Source: a virus (lineage: Duplodnaviria; Caudoviricetes). Taken from it: 64,000 nt of DNA. The notes beneath the pieces were generated by a model. That model did no database searches and had not been told where the DNA came from. It was given only the letters and a program-made list of their open reading frames with translations. The DNA lies in the IMG/VR virus record IMGVR_UViG_3300028048_000081, positions 32,001 to 96,000 of that record; one strand, 5' to 3'. The translations under genes and the position numbers were made by a program. How positions within the stretch are numbered: position 1 is the stretch's first letter; the number at the start of each line of letters is the position of its first letter. This document shows positions 58,065-64,000 of the stretch, piece by piece.

Positions 58065-59450
58065 ATGAAGAATAAAGAAGAGAAAGAAATAAAAGGACAG
58101 GACAATATATCCAGTAAGGCCTCTATACTTGGAACATTTGAGGGTGAATGCGCAGATGCAAGTATCACCAATAAGAATGGGCTAGATATTACAAAGGAAG
58201 TTTGGGATACTGTATTTGCTTCGGAAGAGTATAAGGATGCAATTGAACTTGGTCATTATATAGGTTTCCTAGGCCATCCAGAAGATCCAAATTGCATGGA
58301 TTTTGAGCATGCATGTATTGTAATGAAGGAAGGCCATATAGAAGATGACGGAAAAGTGTATGGAAAATTTGACCTTATAGATACTCCTGTAGGAAAAATT
58401 GTAAAATCATTTCAAGATGCTGGAGTTCAGTTTGGTATATCAGTAAGAGGGGCAGGAGATATAATAGATAATTCTGTTGACCCTGAAACATTTGTTTTCA
58501 GAGGATTTGATTTAGTTTCATTTCCTGCATATCCAGATGCAATTCCTACGTTTTCAGAAGTAGCAGCTTCATCGGATGCAGAAACACAGAAGAAATATAA
58601 AACGATATGTGCTGCAGTTAAGAATAATCTGGAAAGTTTAAATACTTGCGATGCTATTGATGTTATTCAGCCCCAATTTGCTAAGCAATCCGAAGAATAT
58701 CAACTTCTGGAAGACAGAAGGAAAGAGCTTTCTGGATGTGAATCGGAAGATACCGATGAAGATATAGATATAAGAGATGATCAGATACAAGGATTAACTA
58801 CATTATATATGGATTCTGTATCAAAGATTAAGAATTTAGAGGAAGAGAATTCAGAGTTAAAATCTCAACTTTCTAGAAATAATGTATTGTCATCAAGAAG
58901 AATAAAAGCAATTGAAAGAATTGTAAGTAATCAAAAATTAGTATTTGATAGAACAGCAAAAGAAAAAATACTAGCAAACAAAAAGATTATGAAGGACAAG
59001 TTATATCAGGCGCAGGTAAAGACGAAAACTCTTCGTACTGCTAACCTTAAATATAAACAGAGGGTAGAGGCAGCAGATGATTCTATTCATCAAAAAGATG
59101 CGATAATTTCTAGTTTAAAGACAAAACTTTCAGAAACTGTCGAAAGTAATACATCTTTGAAACAGAAAACGTCTAACTTAGATGTCAAGGTCAAAAAACT
59201 TAAAGATGAAATCACCGCTTCTCAGAAATTGATCCAAGAGTATCAGGATGCATATGGAAATATGTATGCAAATGCTTTAGGAGTTCACCTCGATAATGTA
59301 ACTATCAATTCTTCAACTACTGTTTCAGAATTGAAAGAAAGCATTTCAAGTGCTGCATCCGAAAGACGTAAATCTTCTATTAATTCCACATCGGAAGATA
59401 TAGCAGATACAGTTACACCGGATACAGAATCAGAAATTGTTACATTATAA
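58065..59450 (+). CDS. prohead protease (T4 gp21-like) fused to a coiled-coil scaffold
   Basis: NKNG, GFLGHP, DTPVGKIV, GISVRGAG, FDLVSFPA, then about 290 aa of coiled coil. Confidence 0.88.
   Translation: MKNKEEKEIKGQDNISSKASILGTFEGECADASITNKNGLDITKEVWDTVFASEEYKDAIELGHYIGFLGHPEDPNCMDFEHACIVMKEGHIEDDGKVYGKFDLIDTPVGKIVKSFQDAGVQFGISVRGAGDIIDNSVDPETFVFRGFDLVSFPAYPDAIPTFSEVAASSDAETQKKYKTICAAVKNNLESLNTCDAIDVIQPQFAKQSEEYQLLEDRRKELSGCESEDTDEDIDIRDDQIQGLTTLYMDSVSKIKNLEEENSELKSQLSRNNVLSSRRIKAIERIVSNQKLVFDRTAKEKILANKKIMKDKLYQAQVKTKTLRTANLKYKQRVEAADDSIHQKDAIISSLKTKLSETVESNTSLKQKTSNLDVKVKKLKDEITASQKLIQEYQDAYGNMYANALGVHLDNVTINSSTTVSELKESISSAASERRKSSINSTSEDIADTVTPDTESEIVTL
59043..59053 (+). promoter_or_regulatory. 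putative late promoter for the major capsid gene, inside the scaffold-coding region
   Basis: AACCTTAAATA. Confidence 0.55.
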
Positions 59451-59483
59451 TTGTTGTATAAATGTAAATAGGAGAGTAATAAC

Positions 59484-60938
59484 ATGATCAAGAAGACTTC
59501 TCGTAAAACGTCTGTTGGATCTGCTCGTAGAAGCGTAAAAGCTAGTTCGAGCATTACATCAGCCGTTAGAAACAGACGAGCTGTAACTGCTTCTAGAAAT
59601 ATGCAGAGTTTAACTCCGGAACAGAGGATGTTCGCTCGTCAGTTAACGAATAACATGCGTCGTAGCGGTGCTATTACAGCAGCAACAAATACAACTAACA
59701 TTATGGCGAAGCCAGATTTTCTTGAGCTTCTTCCGATGTTCGTTCAGAAACTTCTGATTGCAGACGTATTTGGTTCTGTTGCAATGAAATCTCGTCAGCA
59801 GCTCATTCCGTATTTCAAGTTCATTGCTGAAAATACAAAGGGTGAGACTAACAGGGGAGATATTCTTTCTAGCCCGTTTGTAAATCGTCAAGGAATTGAC
59901 GAAAACTTCACAGGAAGAGTTGTAAAGAATGAGATCGTGGGAGAGGGTCTTGCGATTGATCCTAAGAATCTTGCGCTCGTTTATACTCCGATTCTTCCGA
60001 ATTCGGTTTCTGTTATCGGCGAGGGAGTTGAGTTCTCAATCGTAGACGATGGTAATGGAAATCTTGTAAATGCTGCTGATAATACGGCGGCAGGATTCAT
60101 TGATTACAGCACAGGAAAAGTTACGATTACAGCTGCTGCTGCAGGTGCAAACAATGTAATCAGAGCTACTTATCAGTATGATAATGAAAACGTTGGTCCT
60201 AGATCAGAAGACCACGATGGTAACTTCGGTTATGATTATGGTGCTCAGATGGGCAAGGGTTATCTTCAGCTTGATGAAATTAACATCGTTGCTGAAGCAC
60301 ACCAGCTTGCTTGCTATTGGAGCATTTATTCCGCATTTGCTGCTCAGCAGGAATACGGTTCGAACATCGGCGATCTTGCGAAAGAGGCTGCTTTCTCAGA
60401 ACTTACAGCAGAAATTAACACAGAGGGCTTCAAGGCTCTTAAGGCTGCTGCTCAGTTCCGTCCACAGTTTAACTGGGATGCTAGTCCGGTACTTTCGGGT
60501 TCGGTTGTACCTTCGGATTATCTGAACATGTTCAAACTTAAGCTGAATCAGGCTGCTGCTTCGATTTATCAGGCAACAAGACTTACTCAGCCGAACAGAC
60601 TCGTAGTTGGTACTAATGTTGCTTCCTACATGAGCATGATCGAAGGTTTCCAGGCGGAAGCTTCGGAAGACAACGTAGGTCCGTACAAAGCAGGAAAACT
60701 TGATAGATTTGAAATCTACTGTGATCCTTCTTACAATCCGGATGAATGGGTTATGTGCTGCAAGTCGAATGATATTAGACGTAACAGTGCACTCTTCGGG
60801 GAGTACATGCCACTTACTAATACAGATGCTGTTGGTCTTGCTAATTCTTCGGTTCAGCAGGGTTACGCAACAATGTATGGTATGAAGGTTGTCAATCCGG
60901 ATACAGTCATTTCCGGAAAGATTCTTGGGACCTATTAA
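59484..60938 (+). CDS. major capsid protein (T4 gp23-like HK97 fold) with basic propeptide and beta-rich insertion
   Basis: LIADVFGSVAM, AEAHQL..YWS, ELTAEIN, GEYMPL, GYATMYG.KVVNP; follows the protease. Confidence 0.9.
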   Translation: MIKKTSRKTSVGSARRSVKASSSITSAVRNRRAVTASRNMQSLTPEQRMFARQLTNNMRRSGAITAATNTTNIMAKPDFLELLPMFVQKLLIADVFGSVAMKSRQQLIPYFKFIAENTKGETNRGDILSSPFVNRQGIDENFTGRVVKNEIVGEGLAIDPKNLALVYTPILPNSVSVIGEGVEFSIVDDGNGNLVNAADNTAAGFIDYSTGKVTITAAAAGANNVIRATYQYDNENVGPRSEDHDGNFGYDYGAQMGKGYLQLDEINIVAEAHQLACYWSIYSAFAAQQEYGSNIGDLAKEAAFSELTAEINTEGFKALKAAAQFRPQFNWDASPVLSGSVVPSDYLNMFKLKLNQAAASIYQATRLTQPNRLVVGTNVASYMSMIEGFQAEASEDNVGPYKAGKLDRFEIYCDPSYNPDEWVMCCKSNDIRRNSALFGEYMPLTNTDAVGLANSSVQQGYATMYGMKVVNPDTVISGKILGTY

Positions 60939-61002
60939 TATCTAATAGATCAAGAATTTCAATAAACACTAATTAATAAGTTATTCATTTGGAGGTAGGA
61001 AA

Positions 61003-61419
61003 ATGAAAGTTAAGATCATATACAATGGTCCTACTGCTGATATCGTCCGTAATGGAATGGAAATTGCTAGAATTTTCTATCCGGAGAATTCTTATGTAGA
61101 TAGCCCGGTTTTCACAAAGGGTTATCCTGTAGATGAGGATGAGAAAGAATATGGCAAATCCATCTATGCTACTAACGTAGACGGTTGGGGACATCTTCCT
61201 GGACTTCTTCCGATGGCCAACACGACAACGAAATTCGCACAGTTTGAAAGAGCTGTTGCAGAAGCTGCTGCTGCTAAAGCGGCCGGCGAAGATCCTAAGG
61301 GCATTGAATTTGAAGTTACAGGATACGAAGAGGAGATTTATTGGGATCAGATGGGTAAGAACCTTGCTGATCAAGGATTTGAAGTTACCATTGAGGATAA
61401 GGAAGATCCGGAGAGTTAA
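61003..61419 (+). CDS. hypothetical head protein
   Basis: GGAGG RBS; MCP-like codon usage. Confidence 0.65.
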   Translation: MKVKIIYNGPTADIVRNGMEIARIFYPENSYVDSPVFTKGYPVDEDEKEYGKSIYATNVDGWGHLPGLLPMANTTTKFAQFERAVAEAAAAKAAGEDPKGIEFEVTGYEEEIYWDQMGKNLADQGFEVTIEDKEDPES

Positions 61420-61472
61420 TCTCCTAATAAGTTAGCAGATATTGTAAGAAATAACAAGGAGGGAAATCGAGT

Positions 61473-62183
61473 ATGAAAATGCAGGAGATAATAGATCAAA
61501 TCACTTTCATGCTCGGTATCCCCGCTAACGAAAATGTAGAAGATATTCAACCTGAAAAAGCAGTACTTATTGCATTTCAAGAGTTGAAAAGATATATGAG
61601 AACACCTGTTGATAAAACGGTCCCGTTTTCTACTAGATTAGATCTAAAGAAACTGGGAATTAAAACAAAAAGAGTGTTGGGTGTTCAAGCGGCATATCCT
61701 AGGATCGGTCTTACAATGAGTTCTATAGACAGCGGAAATGTATTCCAAGTTGCTGCTGCAGTTAATACTTATAGCGCAATCGGTAATACATCTTCTATAA
61801 ATATAGATCCTATAATGACTGAAATGGCTATGGCTCAAGTTAGAAATACATTATCTACTGACTTCCAATGGTCATTTGATGCAGCAAATGATGTTATCTA
61901 TTGTACGCATCGAGACCCACGTCCATCTGTTGTAACTGTTCGGTATGTACCTGATTTTCAGGATGTTTCCGAAATAAAGAATAACACATGGATAAATTAT
62001 CTTATCCGGTTGAGCGAAGCTAATTTGAAAAAAGCATTAGGACGCTCACGGTCAAAATATAAAATAGAGGGTTCTAATGTATCTCTTGATGGTGATACTC
62101 TATTATCCGAAGCAAATGCGGAACTAGAAGCAATCCGGGAGGAATTAGAAGCTCATAAAGATAAGTTAGTTGTACTAAATTAA
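61473..62183 (+). CDS. neck/head-tail adaptor protein (gp13-like)
   Basis: KKALGRSRSKY...VSLDGDTLLSEA..ELE...EEL. Confidence 0.75.
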   Translation: MKMQEIIDQITFMLGIPANENVEDIQPEKAVLIAFQELKRYMRTPVDKTVPFSTRLDLKKLGIKTKRVLGVQAAYPRIGLTMSSIDSGNVFQVAAAVNTYSAIGNTSSINIDPIMTEMAMAQVRNTLSTDFQWSFDAANDVIYCTHRDPRPSVVTVRYVPDFQDVSEIKNNTWINYLIRLSEANLKKALGRSRSKYKIEGSNVSLDGDTLLSEANAELEAIREELEAHKDKLVVLN

Positions 62184-62203
62184 TGCTAATAGGAGGATAT
62201 GAT

Positions 62204-62527
62204 ATGTTCATTCAGAAACGTAAGATTACAGCCGGTGAAGAAGTTGAAGTTGCTCCCGAGGCGACAGATCTCCTGTTTGAGGCTGAAGATGTTGCTGAAC
62301 TTGTTGCTGAAGTTACGGATGAAACCGTTACTGCTGAAACAACTGAGGAAGGCGACGTAGAATTCACTGTTGGTGAGGATGATGTTTATACAGTTCAGCC
62401 GGAAGGCGATGAAGAAGTCCTTGAGGCTACTCATAAAAGCATCAAAAATAAGAAGCCGGTAAAAGCTTCAACTAACAGAAAAAATAGAAAAAGAAATGTA
62501 GTTCGTAAGTTCCCGTCGAAGAGATAG
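62204..62527 (+). CDS. acidic head-core/scaffold-like protein with tag motifs at both ends (KRKITAG, KPVKAS)
   Basis: AGGAGG at 62191 gives start 62204. Confidence 0.6.
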   Translation: MFIQKRKITAGEEVEVAPEATDLLFEAEDVAELVAEVTDETVTAETTEEGDVEFTVGEDDVYTVQPEGDEEVLEATHKSIKNKKPVKASTNRKNRKRNVVRKFPSKR

Positions 62528-62538
62528 TGAACTTATAA

Positions 62539-62576
62539 GGCCTCTTCTAGGTTTGGATCACTTCCTAGAAGAGGCC
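62539..62576 (+). terminator. hairpin/terminator
   Basis: GGCCTCTTCTAGG...CCTAGAAGAGGCC. Confidence 0.65.
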
Positions 62577-62599
62577 ATAATTACTATAAGAGGATCATT

Positions 62600-63787
62600 A
62601 TGAAGATATCTAACACAAAAGTAGAAGCAGGATTATTATCTAAACTTGTTTCTGGAATTGGAAAAATGTTTGGAAATGCATTTGCGGATACACTCAAGGA
62701 ACTTGGAAATGTAGAGGATGTAAAGACAAATAATCAAGGAGATGTTGTTTTTACAAAATTTCCAGAAGATACTAGTCTGAAGCCTTATTTTGTAAAATTT
62801 AGCGATTTTGAAGATATTGGCAACGGAATGCTTCAGGGAAAATTATCTATACAGGATCCTGGAGGAACTGTATATCCGAATGTGTGTAATGTTATAGAGA
62901 AAATTCCTGGATTAGTGGATCCTAAAGATGAAGGAACTGATTCTGAGAATATGGGTCAGGATGAATCAGAGGGTTCGGAGGGTTCTGAGAATTCTGAGAA
63001 TTCTGAGAATTCGGATGTTTCGGAATTAGATAAATCCGAATTGAAGGATATTCTAAAGGAATCTGAAGCAGAAACAGTAAATGGAGATGAAATAAAAGAG
63101 GTCCTTTCAAAATTTGAAAATAATTATTTAACTCAATTTCCTGTTAATACAAGTGTAAAGGTAACACTGTCTAAAGTAACTGGATCTGAAAGTACCGATA
63201 TATGTTTACAAAAAATATGTTGTGATACAGATCCTGTAGAAAATTGGAACAATTTCAATACCGCTTTGAATTCAGAAGAAGTATTGAATATGATTCCAGA
63301 AGATGGAGAAATATCTTTGGATATTTCTAATGATCCTTACAGTGATACAATATCAATAAGTGAAATATCTGAATTACCAGATCCTGATCCTGAAAATACG
63401 GGTCTTAAATGTATAATATCTGAATTAAATAATTTAACTAGTAATCTGCTAGTTGCATCCAGTATAACTTCTGATTTCGCTTCTGGCGGAAAATATAATA
63501 TGTTATTCTATGATGCTCAATCTCAACTTCAGGAATTGGTTAACAAATATTATGTTGTATTTGGTAGTATCATTCCACTTAATACACTATCTTCTACAGG
63601 TATGCCAATATCAGATTATTCTGATGTAGATGCTGTTATTGAAGATAACATAAAGATATTAATAGATGATATACAATTAAGATATCCTACATTTACAGAT
63701 ATAACAATTCAAGACAGTTTAACAAGATGTTTAGATTCTTGGAGAACTAATCTCAAATTACAATTTGATAATTGTATTGGAGAATGA
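62600..63787 (+). CDS. acidic putative head-internal protein (KVEAG tag; SEN tandem repeat)
   Basis: MKISNTKVEAGLL; 9-bp TTCTGAGAA repeat x3 near 62983-63009. Confidence 0.55.
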   Translation: MKISNTKVEAGLLSKLVSGIGKMFGNAFADTLKELGNVEDVKTNNQGDVVFTKFPEDTSLKPYFVKFSDFEDIGNGMLQGKLSIQDPGGTVYPNVCNVIEKIPGLVDPKDEGTDSENMGQDESEGSEGSENSENSENSDVSELDKSELKDILKESEAETVNGDEIKEVLSKFENNYLTQFPVNTSVKVTLSKVTGSESTDICLQKICCDTDPVENWNNFNTALNSEEVLNMIPEDGEISLDISNDPYSDTISISEISELPDPDPENTGLKCIISELNNLTSNLLVASSITSDFASGGKYNMLFYDAQSQLQELVNKYYVVFGSIIPLNTLSSTGMPISDYSDVDAVIEDNIKILIDDIQLRYPTFTDITIQDSLTRCLDSWRTNLKLQFDNCIGE

Positions 63788-63788
63788 T

Positions 63789-64000
63789 ATGGCAAAAGTA
63801 AAGTTTAACAGAGGATCTTCTTATAGTATTCCTAGTAATCTAACTGATGGGGAAATAAACTTTGCTACTAATACTGGGGAGTTGTCTATAGATACAACAA
63901 CCGAAAGATTTACATATATTCCAGCAAATAAATCTGCGGGATATCACAATTCTATATATAGAGGGGCATATCTAGGAGATACATTTGATCCGTCTATATT
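63789..64000 (+). CDS. 5' part of a fibre/receptor-binding protein (truncated by the window edge)
   Basis: MAKVKFNRGS...DGEINFATNTGELSID, a typical N-terminal fibre anchor. Confidence 0.55.
   Translation, partial: MAKVKFNRGSSYSIPSNLTDGEINFATNTGELSIDTTTERFTYIPANKSAGYHNSIYRGAYLGDTFDPSI

Noticed and set aside
1043-63110. Numerous short minus-strand and nested ORFs in the ORF track
   Set aside because: They are shadows of long + strand genes, with biased F/S/I/L composition and no RBS. Only 20007-20660 (and perhaps 20650-20751) look real.
1-64000. Alternative genetic code (TAG/TGA recoding as in some gut jumbo phages)
   Set aside because: Core genes are full length in code 11, and TAG/TGA stops are followed directly by the next gene's RBS or start.
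1-64000. tRNA or rRNA genes
   Set aside because: Intergenic gaps are short and AT-rich, and no cloverleaf was recognised by eye; tRNAscan-SE would confirm.

Overview
This AT-rich window is the virion-morphogenesis region of a large T4-like/jumbo myovirus, probably infecting a Gram-positive (Bacillota) host. The host inference rests on AGGAGG ribosome-binding sites, a perfect sigmaA promoter and a battery of peptidoglycan hydrolases. Nearly all genes are on the + strand in standard code 11. They encode terminase, portal, neck/terminator, sheath, tube, tail chaperone, tape measure, baseplate, lysins, a prohead protease-scaffold fusion and the major capsid protein. Main observations: (1) About 15 small, mostly acidic and mostly unrelated ORFs (17.6-29.1 kb) start with a shared tag, M-[KY]-[KR]-[YV]-[IV]-x-[SA]-[SA]. 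The same [IV]-x-[AS]-small motif recurs in the capsid propeptide and the protease/scaffold tail. This suggests a capsid-targeting/cleavage signal that loads a variable set of cargo proteins into the head. (2) A group IA2 intron splits the tail tube gene, and its in-frame splicing requires a non-canonical junction. It is flanked by free-standing homing-endonuclease-like genes. (3) A LigA-like protein lacking the catalytic lysine sits between terminase and portal. (4) A recurring late-promoter motif, AACCTTNWATA, precedes the structural operons. All product calls come from motif recognition and synteny; no database searches were run.
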